A DNA stretch of 64,000 bases from the NCBI GenBank assembly GCA_951406725.2, contig OX597820.1, forward strand, positions 125,054,001-125,118,000, in the 5' to 3' direction. How positions within the stretch are numbered: position 1 is the first letter of the stretch; every line of letters starts with the position of its first letter. The notes beneath the pieces were generated by a model, which saw only the letters and a list, made by a program, of their open reading frames with translations, searched no databases and was not told where the DNA came from. The stretch is from Octopus vulgaris. Its lineage: Eukaryota. The position numbers and the translations under genes are program-made. Positions 28,196-40,267 of this stretch are shown in pieces.

Positions 28196-29064
28196 ATAGA
28201 CACATATATGTGTGTTCGTGAGTGTGTGTATGTGTGTATCGATGTTGAAATAAGGTTAATGGATCAAATAGCCCATGGAAAATATATGTATATATGTATA
28301 CATCAACATTTAGATATTCGTATGTGTGTATATAAATTAAGCTTATGAAAGAAGGAAAACTTGTATTCTAGTATAAGTTTTAACGTTCTGGCACAATTTT
28401 AATCTTTAATACAGCGTTATATTGATTATATCAGGAAAAAAATGTATTTTGTTATATAGTTTTGAAATCATATTCTTACAATATACGTGATACCAATACA
28501 AGATTTCTTTGATTCTGGAAATTTAATCTAACGGGAATTTTCTATAAAATTTCTGAATATATGTACGTATTTTCTTTGTGTATGTGCTTTAAGAAGTTGT
28601 ACAAATAGTTGTAGCTTACGTCACATAATATTTGTCGTTCTTGTTTGCGTCAAGCATTTTCTTATTTTTATATAGAAACTTCTTTAACGTTACGTCTGTG
28701 TTTTTCATTGCAGTCGATCAACAGATTGGTCAGTTTACTTGAAAAGAACAACATTACTATTATAAAAGTACAGAGCTTTGCCGATGATGCTGATACAGCA
28801 CTGCAAAATTTAAAGGTAATCACACTTTTTGCATTCAAATTCTTTTATGAATCACAATACACAAACACAAGAAGAAAAGGACAAACTCCAACATAGAACG
28901 TCTAGTGGTTTTCTTTTATTAGGAATGATAATACGCAAAAAATTGCGATTGTAATCATGAATCCCCATACACACAAATACGTATTCTCATACATTTATTA
29001 TTATTATTATAATTATCATTATTGTTATTATTATCATCATCATCAGCATCATCGTCATCATATA

Positions 29065-29432
29065 CAAAGCCCAGTATAAACATCATTACTACTCATCTGA
29101 TAAGGATATACTGAGCACATGCATCACAACAATATGTGCACGACATGTTGATCTCACATCAAGATAAACAGCGCGTGATCTTGCAGGTGGGGGACCAATT
29201 AGAATTTTCTTCAGGTCGAGTTGCCCATCATGCCCAAATGGTCCTTGAATAAGTCTTGTTTTTCGATGTTGAACTAAACACCCATGCTTCTACAGATGAA
29301 TTATTCAAACTCCAAAGAATTCCTCTCAACATATAACTATGACGCTCCCCGATTACTTCTGCTCACGATCAGCAGAAATGCACATAGCGTCAGCCACCAG
29401 TGGACTTGCTCAACAGGTGTAGGTCAAACAAC
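29065..29432. repeat. unclassified interspersed repeat (possible LINE UTR)
   Basis: GC-richer island between (TAT/CAT)n and the RLE LINE fragment; no ORF. Confidence 0.4.
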
Positions 29433-29434
29433 TA

Positions 29435-30010
29435 CTATGATAGGAATTATTTCTGTTTTTAGGCTCCACATTCGAGTTACCTCTTTTTCCAGATCTTTGT
29501 ATTTTCAAAGTCTCTCTGTTTCGTATAGAGAAACATAGTCATATGTTGGTATTGGTATAAGTATTTTCACTTGGTAATCACTGACAATTCTATCCGCCGT
29601 ATTGGCCTTAATTTCTTTCTCTCTCTCTGTCTCTCTCTCTGTCTCTCTGTCTCTCTCTCTCTCTTATTAACATATCCCTGTGTATGGTTGCTTTCGCATT
29701 TTCTGTGATCTTTTCCGGTGTGTGCCTACACCATCTTTTTTTCTGTTGCTATTCTATAGTGTTAGCATAACTTTCAGTATATATAGATCTGAACTCTGTG
29801 AATACATTCCTTCTTAGCCAGGACTGAACAACCAGAGACAATATGATTTACTGTTTCATCTTCATCACAACATTCTGCACTTCCTTGTATTTCTTTTCGT
29901 TACCTGTTTCTTATGAGAAGTATTTGATCTTTTGCTACAATTAAAAATCCGCCAGTCTCTGCTTTGAGTTCCAAGCTTCTCAACTATTGTTGTGATTTTA
30001 CTTTGTCTAT
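29435..30010 (-). mobile_element. R4/Dong-like RLE non-LTR retrotransposon fragment
   Basis: Manual minus-strand translation: ELKAETGGFLIVAKDQ, ETVNHIVSGCSVLAKKECIHR (CCHC knuckle region) and KYKDLEKEVTRMWSLKTEIIPII. Confidence 0.85.
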
Positions 30011-30096
30011 TTCTGTTCTATTTAGCTTTATTAGCTTTGAGACCTAAGCGTCTCAAACATTGTTAAAATCTAGGACTCAAAGCTAATTAAGCTAAT

Positions 30097-30160
<64 letters not shown>

Positions 30161-30181
30161 CATTATTATTATCATTATTAC

Positions 30182-30217
<36 letters not shown>

Positions 30218-30240
30218 CATCATCATCATCATCATCATCA
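30097..30240. repeat. (TAT)n/(CAT)n microsatellite
   Basis: Direct reading; adjoins the 3' end of the R4-like element. Confidence 0.95.
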
Positions 30241-30249
30241 GTATATGAA

Positions 30250-31610
30250 AACTTACAGCTTATTTTGCTGTTGTATGTTGGAAACTGTTAGCTGTTCACA
30301 GCCACCAGACTAAGGTACCAGTTGTCAATTGGTCATGCTTCAAGAACCCCGCGAAGAATTGTTGCAGTTTATAATGGATACACAGACCAAAAACATGTTG
30401 ACAGAATTTGGGGTTTGCTCCACCTTCATATCAATTCTAATTTCGTTAACATATTTCTCGAAATTGGTTGTTAGTTCTCCGAATGCCTCTAAAACTGCTA
30501 GGATAACTATTAGTCTCCTCATTGCCCACATTCTTGCAATTTTTCGTCTTTTAGTAATTTGCATTTTCCAGCTCCTTGTCACCTACGCGTGCATCCCCAG
30601 GTATGGCAACATCTATGACCTTAGTTTCCCTTTTTCTTTCATCTACCACAACAATGTCTGGTCTCTGAACATCGATTAGAGAGTCACGTTGGATTGTAAA
30701 ATCCCGCAGGTTCTTATATTCATTTTTCTCCTGACACATTCTGTTCCATTCATGTCTGAAATCCTTTCTCTGCTCTTCTTACAGTCTCCAGTCAACAAAT
30801 TTATCCCCCTTTTTGTTGACCCTTTTTTGTCGTGTTTTGGACCAGATTGCCACTAACAGTACGTCAGATTCCTTCGTTTTTGCTGCCTCACGTCCTACAA
30901 AGGGGCGTTTTACTGCTCTTATCTATTTGGAACTTGATGTAATTAATTCTCAGAGTTTGTCCCTGGGCGCTGCACATCAGTGCCTCGGTGCTTCCATTAA
31001 CATTACTTATACTTGCCATCTCCATGTCTTGATCTTGTCTTTCTCTTCTATATCTGAGGTGTTGTCTTTTCATTATTTTCCTTTTCTAATTGATTATTCT
31101 TTTTTTCTTTATTTTGTTTCTTAAAAGTTTCGGGTACATCACCTTTTCGGTAGGTATCTTCTAATTTCTAACAGCAACAAGCTAGAGTTTACTCTACTAC
31201 TTGATGTACCATCTCAAACCGTTTTTCTTGTGACAACACAGTATTTGAATCCCATGAGGCCTCTTCTTCCCTTTTTCCTAGGCACATACAGTCTATCAAT
31301 TTCGCGTTTCAAGTGTAGTTCTGTGTTAATTGCCATCATTTTCCTGCTTTATTTATTCATTTCCTCAGCCTTTTTTTTCTTTGTCCACCTAAGAAAATCT
31401 GCACCGTACCGCATTAATGAAGCAGCCTATATGTTCACTGACTCCAGATTGTTTCTATTGAATCTGCGTCCCATTGTTAAATTGTTTCCGAAATATTCTC
31501 ACTCTTCTTGATTTCCCCATACTTGAAAACTCCCAGATACATATATCCATTAGTCTCAAGATTTTTGATTTCCTCGCTGTTGAGTAGTTCTACACAATCA
31601 AACGACACTA
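30250..31610 (-). mobile_element. second R4/Dong-like RLE retrotransposon, 5'-truncated, decayed
   Basis: RLYVPRKKGRRGL, TEALMCSAQGQTLRINY..PLCR, DFTIQRDSLIDVQRPDIVVVD...VIDVAIPGD and IARMW; flanked by (TAA)n on both sides. Confidence 0.9.
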
Positions 31611-31639
31611 CCGTATTATTAATGTCGTTTTTGTATTTA

Positions 31640-31700
<61 letters not shown>

Positions 31701-34235
31701 GATCTTTCTAATATATTTGCAACATTTAACTCTTCACATCTTACCTGTAAAAGTGAATCTAAGTCATGTTGATAAGCATTAGCGCATGTACGTAGGTAAT
31801 ACCTGGGCAGAGAAGCTGTAACAAATAGTTTAGTAAAATTTAGGCTACATTTTTATAGAGATACACAAGACAAGAGCAAGGAAACTGGGAAATGAATCCG
31901 TAAATATTGACATCAAAACACATTAGTCTTTGTAGAGCACAGTATACTTAGAATATTTGATAAGGACAAATAGAAAGATGTTGAGGTACATCAGGCGGAA
32001 GAAGTGACAATTTCTTCTGGAACCTTTTAATTGCAAAATCTTCTGGAATATTTTAATTGCAAATTTGAATGGAAGCTTACAATACTAGTATTCCATTTTT
32101 CGCTGCCGTTCACCGATACACACAGACAAATACTATGTGGCCGGTAATATTTACATAGCTGTTGGCGCTTTCGAAATCCTGTCCATGTTTTTTACGGTTA
32201 CGTTTGTAGATTGTGGCTCATAGCTGCGAATACAAATGAGAGATTTGAATTGTGGTAGAGTCCTCTTACGTTACTCCCGTTCCAGATTGTTCATTATGTA
32301 ACAAGGAATGAATAAGATATTAATGTAGCACGTTGGCATGTTCTCCAGGGAAATGGCGACAAAACAACAAATGTGATAATATATTGTAGCTTTTAATGTG
32401 CATACAAAATGTAAACATTGCAAAACAGATGTAATGCAAGTATGATAAGCTGCCAAAACGCTTTGGATTTACTGGATCGATTAAACTTTCTCCCTTTATA
32501 CATAATACGAACAAGATCGTGTACAAGGGAAGTGGATAATTAAAGCGCGCAGAAAATATTACAAAATGCCTGGAAAATAAAGCGGTTGGTGTTTACAGGT
32601 ATGGTCAAGGTAAACCGGGAAACGAACTCGATAGCATGAGAAAGGTGAATTAGAGTGGTGTTAACTGTCACAAGTTGCAGAATCCGACTGATACAATGTT
32701 GGGAATTCTAGTCCAGAAATAATACAGACTAGGAAATAATCACTGAATGAACAAATACACCTGATCTTGTGTGTAACTGAATATATGAATGTTTGATTGT
32801 TGATTCATTGCTTAAAACAAAAAGGAAAAGAAATGCAAAGACATGATGAGAGCCCAGCGAAAATAGAAACATTCATGCAGCAATTCTGCAGCGAAACACC
32901 ACTAAAAGGAAACAGGGTATGTAAACGACTGGAAGGAATAGGATATGATGTAAAGGTGAATGTTTTTTTATTCGATCACCATCAGTGTATGAGACTGCAG
33001 CTTATAAGTAAGGAGTCGTATAGAAGGTAAACTGCAGAAAGTTGAACGTTCTTATACTATCGGATTTATGCACTTGACACCTCGTGGTCGATATGAAGTT
33101 TGCAGATCAGGAATCTCTATCAATAAATTGAAATTTAAAACTAGCTATTGTTACGTCATGAATTTGATATGTGTAGGTGAATGAGTACGTTAAAAAGAAA
33201 CAAAATAATTTATAAAAAGAGGAGGGGTCTTATGAAAATTCATGTTAATGCATGCAAAGAAAAGAATTTGTGCACATGAAAGATCCTTAATAGGTGAGTT
33301 TGCAAACACTGCTAAGATTTAAAATGCCCCCAAAATGGCTTCTAATGCTACAAAAAAAAGCCGCACTGTCCACATACACAAAATCCCCTGTTGCAAAACT
33401 GGTGATGCAATGGAAAAATAACAGGTATATACAAAGTTGTTTGTAGAGAGTCTATAACAGTCCAGATACGCAAGTTTAGTATTTCGACGTGGTGTAGATG
33501 GTATCTGCTTTTAAGCCTCTACCGAGTGAGTAGGGTTCTATATTTTCAGTGGCTCGTCCATATATATCCAAACCGATTCTGTGACCGTAAGAGATGATAA
33601 ATATTTGTGGTTTGCAGTATTTGGAAATAAAAGTTGTGTTCAGAATTTATAGGGAACTTGTTTATTATGTATGCATATTTCAGTTGTTTTTCTTCTTTAT
33701 TTTATTCGATTGGTGATGTCCATCGAAAGAACTCTATATGCAAGATGTCAGACAGTTAATTTTTCGAGTGTTACACCGTCATACATATTATGTTCCCATC
33801 CCAAAGAAAATCACATTTTATAATAGTGATACGCGGAATATAAATATCTGGAATGTGTAGTCATGATGCTCGCATGCAAAGTAATCGGAGCGTATGAATA
33901 GGGAAAGGATTTGTAAAAAATGTCTAAAACATACTAAAAATAAATATCAGATTCCTAACTCAGTGTTCTGGTTCTGTGAGGCTGTCCGGAGATCACTAAA
34001 TCAGTGAAATATTATTAAGCGAAAGTGGACTGGAATCAATATATAAATAAATATGTATTTTCATACAATATCATATACTAGTTGTTCTCATCATCTTGTA
34101 TATGTTCAAAGGTGTGTTCATATAATGACGAAAAATTCTTCTGACTGTGTGGCGGTAATACTTGAAAATTTGGAGCATAGAACATGCTGAGAAGAATTTC
34201 GTTAAATTTCTCACGTTGCAAATTCTTTTATTCCT

Positions 34236-34502
34236 TTTATTATTTTACTTGTTTCAGTAATTTTGACTACGGGCATACTGGAGCACCGCCTTTAATCGAA
34301 CACATCGGCCTCAGGACTTATTCTATCGCTCTCTTTTGCCAAACTGTTAGGTTACGGGGACGTAACCACACCAACATCGCTAAAAGCGATGGTGGGGGAA
34401 AGTCATATACACACAAATACATACATATATATATACACACGCACATATATATATGCGTATACATATATATATATATACATTATATGTGTGTGTGTATCTG
34501 TA

Positions 34503-34561
<59 letters not shown>

Positions 34562-34863
34562 TTGCAGCACGCAATTCTGTTAGTGAATTGGTCTCGGTTT
34601 CGAAGCGACGAAAATATTTTGATATATTCAATTTAAATGTTGAAGTGAATTTAATGGTTTTTAAATAAATACCTTCCACGGTGCAATTGCTTTTCGTTCA
34701 TCACATGATCTCAAATCACGTCACACTTACTATGCAATTACATCTACGTAATGACGACCCGAGGCTACAGTTGAAGGCACTTGCCCAAGGTACCATGCAG
34801 TGGGACGGGACCCGCAACCATGTGGCTGGGAAGCGAGCTTCTTACCACACATCCACTCCTGCG
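34236..34863 (-). mobile_element. family-2 SINE split by an insertion at its internal microsatellite
   Basis: Tail at 34236-34405, microsatellite, foreign insert at 34560-34752, head at 34756-34863 (CACTTGCCCAAGG..CCATGTGG..ACTCCTGCG). Confidence 0.85.
34560..34752 (+). mobile_element. about 200-bp HHR-bearing repeat (GUGAAC-core family), decayed copy
   Basis: Aligns with the reverse complement of 50535-50740: GCAGCACG..TGTTA-GTGAATT-GGTCTC..GCGAC-GAAA-ATAT-TT-TGATA..TTAAATGTTG.AGTGAATT..GATCTCA.ATCA..CATCT.CGTAAT. Confidence 0.85.
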
Positions 34864-36419
34864 AATATGCAAATTATTTTGGAATTAATAGGAAATAGAG
34901 CAGAAAAAAGTTAGTTGGATGGATGAATGACAGCATAAAAATAAAACGAAAATTACTTTCAGAGAATTATTTAACGATAAGAAGCAGTCGATTGCGCATC
35001 TCTTTGAATAAAGTGACAGCATTCCATGTAAAACACGCGTTAACTCTGGCGTGTAAGTCCAATTCTTTAGTTTTATATAGCCACGGACAAAATAATCCAG
35101 GAAATCTGATTAGCGCCGGGTCGCTGAAAGTTTCTTTCTTCGATGTGCGACGCCGTTACTTGAAACACACCAGGCGATTCTGATTGACTGCTACATGTTG
35201 AAGAGGGCGTTCTGCTCTGACCATGCACATTAGGATTATAGCCTTTGGCTCATAACTAGAAATCTAAATTGGATGCTTCGAAAACAGCCAAGAACAATCA
35301 AGATATATATATATATATATAAAAAAAAAATTTAAATTAAAAATTTAATAATTTTAACTTTAAATTTCATATTTTATATATATATTATATATTATATTAA
35401 TTATATTTATTTTTTTGTTTTTTATGTTTTGGTTTATGTCTATACATATATGAACGATTGTAATGGCCAAGATATGTATGAAAACAATATCTATCAGAGA
35501 GATTATAACCTCATTTTTTTAATTCTTACTACACTATTTACTCTTCTTATCCAAATTATGAAATAATTTAAACCTATTCAATACTGCCTCAAATAGCTAC
35601 AGTCTTAAAAAAAAACAAATGTATAACCTCTGATATTAAAAGATTATAAGTTTCCAGTTCACTTTCAACGGTATTAACATTGACAAATGTCTATTATGAG
35701 CCTAAACGTAGTTGTTCCTTTCATTTGGAAACAAACAGCAGGTGACTCATCTTTGAATATACTATGCCATGTAGTAGTACCGGCTTTAGACTAATGAAGT
35801 TGTTTCTATAAATGCTGTACCCTTGCAAGTTTATAGATAACGGTATGTCAGTAGGAGGAATTTTATTTAGTAATTTACTAATTTGGTAGAAATTAGTCCT
35901 TAGGGTGAACGAATCTTTACCTGGATGCAATTTACTTATAATACCTGTGGTTTTTACTTGTTTAAACTGTGCCCTAGTGGTCAATCAATCTGTTTTCATT
36001 TATTCGATATTCTGCACTCACGCACACATTGATCTTCACCACAGACATTATTTTTTATCAAATAACGATTCACAATTAACAAAAATACAATTTGCTCTAA
36101 GATTCATTGCTTTCCTCTCAATTATCAAACATGAAATATGAAAATGCAATTATATGGTACAGATACATAAATCTTTCACAATGGATGTTTGTAATTGGAG
36201 TCAATTATGTAGTGAAGAAATATATAAAACGCACTAATACGAAAAATATGACATTGTTCAACAGTTATATATACCTGTAATTAAATGTGAACTTTCTAGT
36301 TTCCTTAATCTTATTTCAAGTAATATTACTTAGCGACTTCATATAATGTGATTGTGTTTTGCCTCACTAAATTAGGTATGTGTAGATAAATAAATGAATA
36401 TATATATACGCCATGATAG

Positions 36420-36607
36420 TTCGTTAGCTACTACACACATATTTTTCTCTCCTTGTTTCTCTCCTTGTTTTCTGTGTCCCTTTCTGTAAAAGAGCGTAGG
36501 CTCGAAATGTAAGAGACTTTTTTCTATTCCTGAGCGTTATACTAATACATCTGTTTCTTTTGTACACCACCTGTCTCCGTCTTTCGTGTTTTTCATAAAC
36601 TCTCCCT
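36420..36607 (+). mobile_element. short pLTR-like repeat with degenerate minimal hammerhead (36475-36517)
   Basis: CTTT-CTGTAAA-A-GAGC GTAG GCTC-GAAA-TG-TA-AGAG: perfect 4-bp stem II then GAAA, core decayed; abuts (TA)n. Confidence 0.55.
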
Positions 36608-36640
36608 ATATATATATATATATATGCATATATATATATA

Positions 36641-36700
<60 letters not shown>

Positions 36701-38094
36701 GAGAGAGAGAGAGAGACAGGGAGAGAGAAAGAGGGAGTGGCATCACCTGAAGACAAACGGCCAGACAGTTTAAAGATAAGAGATTATTCAAAGATGTTTT
36801 GCATCGTAAAACATAGCATAGCAAAACAATATCTTATGAACTTAATTTTTTTTATTTTACAAACATCGCTTACTAATTTACTAATTACCGTTGACACACA
36901 TCGTTTATTTGTTAGTAAAATACATTTTCGGGTTTATTCTATTTATTATTATAATCTTAATTTTATTATCACTATCATTTATATACATTGAATTTTGTTA
37001 TTGTTAATATCACAGTAAGTAGAATTAAGTAATATCGTAATATTATTTTTTTTTTTGTTTTTGTATCATTTAAAAAAATTTACGTCGCCCGAATCGTCAG
37101 AAAGGATTAGTGGTGAATCACAAACATGATATATCTGAGTGAATCCCCAAACATCTGACAGTGCTTGATCACATTCCACCGGAGGTATCGCCGCCACTCA
37201 GCTGTTGATGAAAAATATTTAAGTATATAATAAGTCTAACGAATAATATTATGTAATGTCATATGAATGGAGACTCAGCAAATTCCAGCTGGTGTCCGGT
37301 GCAAAAACAAATGCTGCGATTTCCTGTAAAACCTAGTATTTTCCATCCTCATGTGTGTGTGTGTTTCCGCGAAGTGTGTTTGTGTGTGTGTGCATGTGTT
37401 TATATATATTGATATGGTTTTACAAAGTAAGTAAAAACCCTAGAGTTGCGCTCATTTGCACGTAACTTGCAGCCCTGGAATCAGTTTCCAACTGTCGCCG
37501 ATTAAATAATGGAGAATTTTCTTTTTTTTTTTGTAATTCTCTTTCATTTCTTTTTATCTTCGCTTGTCTATTTTAAATGTCTGTATCCAAATACTTGTTT
37601 ACCAGGAAAATAATTCTTACTAATTCTAAATTTGTACTTGGTATTTTCTACTTCAAAGAAAGACACAGAAAAATATTTTCTTTTGGCTACTGTAATGGTT
37701 TGGTTGAAATTGTTTTCGAGATATCGCAATATACTCAAAAATACATTTTGAGCTCGTCTCTATGAATTAGACAGAAATTATTTTCTATTATAAATTTCTG
37801 TTATGGATTTCTGATCTAAATTTCTGCTATAAATTTCTACACCATTTTATATTTCGAAGTTACGTTTTAATTCATGTTAAAGAAAAATTATAGTATTTGT
37901 TCAGAAATGCTATATTTCAAATTACACAGGAGATTTGGGTATGCTGTTTTCATTCGGTGTAAATCTAAAAGAGAATTTTAGTGATATAATTGATTATTAT
38001 AGTGCCCTGGCAAAAATATGATACAGGGGTTGATATTAAAAATACCGACTTCGTTTCATTAGCTTTTTTACATGAATAGAGCTGTCTAGTTCTA

Positions 38095-38353
38095 TATTTA
38101 AGAGATGAGAAATTATGTACATTATTTACATTATTTACATTTGACGGATTCTTGTCCTCATCTTGCTTGTCGTCAAAGCAACGGTTCGGGTGATATACCC
38201 TCCAGCCTTCATCATGTGTCTTAGGGAAATTTCGAACCTGGATTCTCATTCTTAAAGTATTTTTCAATGTTATTATTGTAATTATTCATGTCACTGCCTG
38301 GAATCGAACTCGGAATCTTGGTGTTGGTAGTCCGTGCTCTGAACAACTACGCC
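38095..38353 (-). mobile_element. tRNA-headed SINE with hammerhead-like tail
   Basis: Minus strand: GGCGTAGTTGTTCAGAGC (A box)...GAGTTCGATTCC (B box), AT-rich linker, then ACAC-ATGATGA-A-GGCTG GAGGGTATAT CACCC-GAAC-CG-TT-GCTT (38176-38219). Confidence 0.7.
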
Positions 38354-38364
38354 ATATGCTCGTG

Positions 38365-38428
38365 GGTGTAGTGGCTAAGAGCGTGGGCTACTAACCCCAA
38401 GATACCGAGTTCGATTCCAAGAAGTAAC
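38365..38428 (+). mobile_element. inverted second copy of the tRNA-like SINE head
   Basis: GGTGTAGTGGCTAAGAGCGTGGGCTACTAACCCCAAGATACCGAGTTCGATTCC; diverged reverse complement of 38290-38353, 11-nt spacer. Confidence 0.85.
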
Positions 38429-38973
38429 ATATACAGCTGTGTGACAAATATAATATTACACGAATATTATATAATATATAATATTCGTGTAAAAATTCTA
38501 AAAATTAATGCGATATATGATGAGGAATTTCAATATCATAGAAAAGAAAACAGCTAACTATTGTCGCATCTAAATTTCATCGCTCCTAAGATTAATGAAA
38601 AGTTCCCATTTTAATTTTCTCAATCCCAGTTAAACCCCCCTACTTTACCGTATGCGCGTCATTTGCAATAGCAACATGAAAATGGTTTTACTATCAGCTA
38701 TATACCATGCGTGTCATTTGTAATTTTCTTTTTATTTAGACGTAAAATTCACTTGTATTTTAGATAATGTTAATTACGTAAATTATTTTGCTTTTTCCTA
38801 CTTTTCGTATTTCCGTATGCGCTACAATTGTGAATTTACTTAAGTTTTAGTGAGGTGAATAGGCTTTGCTCACATCCGTTTAGAAGGTCTCAGAAAATGG
38901 ATAAAGAGAAGGATCATGGTAATAATCCCCAAACGAGAGACATTGCCTTGTACAACTTGTGTTAATGTAGCAG

Positions 38974-39190
38974 TAGGACGGGTGCCGAAATGCTCCCGGT
39001 TTTCTGTAAAAAAAAAGAGGAGAATCGGTTAATAATGATTTTATTCAACATATTCCATTTTGAGAGTCACACATTTATTGCAGCGGCCCTTCTGTTTTCC
39101 TAAGCTCTATAAAAGAAATCGAAAAATTAAGCCTGTAACCGCACTTTTCAGGACACCCTTAAAGCCGGGAACTTTTCAGTACTCCCTTCA
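38974..39190. mobile_element. mariner-derived MITE
   Basis: Imperfect TIRs TAGGACGGGTGCCGAAATGCTCCCGGTTT / AAAGCCGGGAACTTTTCAGTACTCCCTTC; the internal TTTTATTCAACATATTCC...ACACATTTATTGCAGCG resembles the antisense of a mariner transposase C-terminus. Confidence 0.7.
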
Positions 39191-39663
39191 ATTAAAACGA
39201 GCAGGGCTGCTAAACGGGAAATGAAGTAAAGTCCACCAAATCTGTAGATCGTGTTTGATTTCAATTCCCCAACATGCTTATTTCTGACAACCCTCTGATC
39301 GGTACACATTAATTGTTCAATAAATGTTTAAAAGTAAAGTTGACTTCGGCGGTATATGAATATTGAGTATAGGAAGGCGGAGCTAATAACTCAAATCACA
39401 CGCACACATGAGCGCATGCGTACGCACGCACACACACACACACATGTTAACGCTTTCGGATGATTAGCGGAAGGGAGGGAGAAAGGAAAGACGGAGAGAC
39501 AGAAAAAGAAGGAGAGAGAAGCGCCCATGTCGTGAAGTGGGGGAACGTAATATTTATTTCGTTAAAAATGTTTGTTGAATGTAGTGATGATATAGTGGAG
39601 GAGAGTTCAAAATGTAACATTAGCAGAGGGATGATGTTCCGATGGTGAGTCAAAGAAATGCAC

Positions 39664-39694
<31 letters not shown>

Positions 39695-39953
39695 GAAGGA
39701 AAGAAAGTAGGAGAGAGAGATAATGATGGTGGAAGTGATACTGGAGGTGGTGGTGGTGCCTGGGTAGTGAAAAGTGTAATTAAATAATTTGACTAACAAT
39801 TTTTTATATCATTTATCATGTATGATGTAACATGAAATTATCCGTCTATATAAGTCTCGAAGTGTTGACTACCTTGTGTTATGTTTCGATGTCGCCTGAT
39901 GGAAGATGGAAAGGGTGGGTTTCAACGTTTTCAAATTTATGATTCTCGAAATA

Positions 39954-40009
39954 TTATGCCGATGAAAGAAATGAATTTTTATAATTATAATCCCGAAACG
40001 CGTACATAA
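39954..40009 (+). ncRNA. degenerate minimal hammerhead motif
   Basis: TTATG-CCGATGA-...-C-GAAA-CGCG-TA-CATAA: perfect 5-bp stem I, palindromic stem III (ACGCGT), GUA triplet; U4 changed to C and stem II eroded. Confidence 0.65.
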
Positions 40010-40178
40010 GTAATCGTAGACTGTTTGATTTCGTTATGTTTTCTTCTTTTTACCTAAGTGAGTTACAAATATTGTTATCTGTGGTGTCATATTTGTAGTT
40101 AAAAGAATTAGCTGTCTTTTGGCTGCTATTTCTAAAGTTTAGGTATGTGGTGAAGCAACTTGTTGCTAAACTCTTAAT

Positions 40179-40267
<89 letters not shown>

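Noticed and set aside
37084-37326. Possible minus-strand exons with AG/GT boundaries
   Set aside because: All frames contain stops; no recognisable product.
38365-38428. Functional tRNA gene
   Set aside because: Acceptor stem does not pair; it is a duplicated SINE head.
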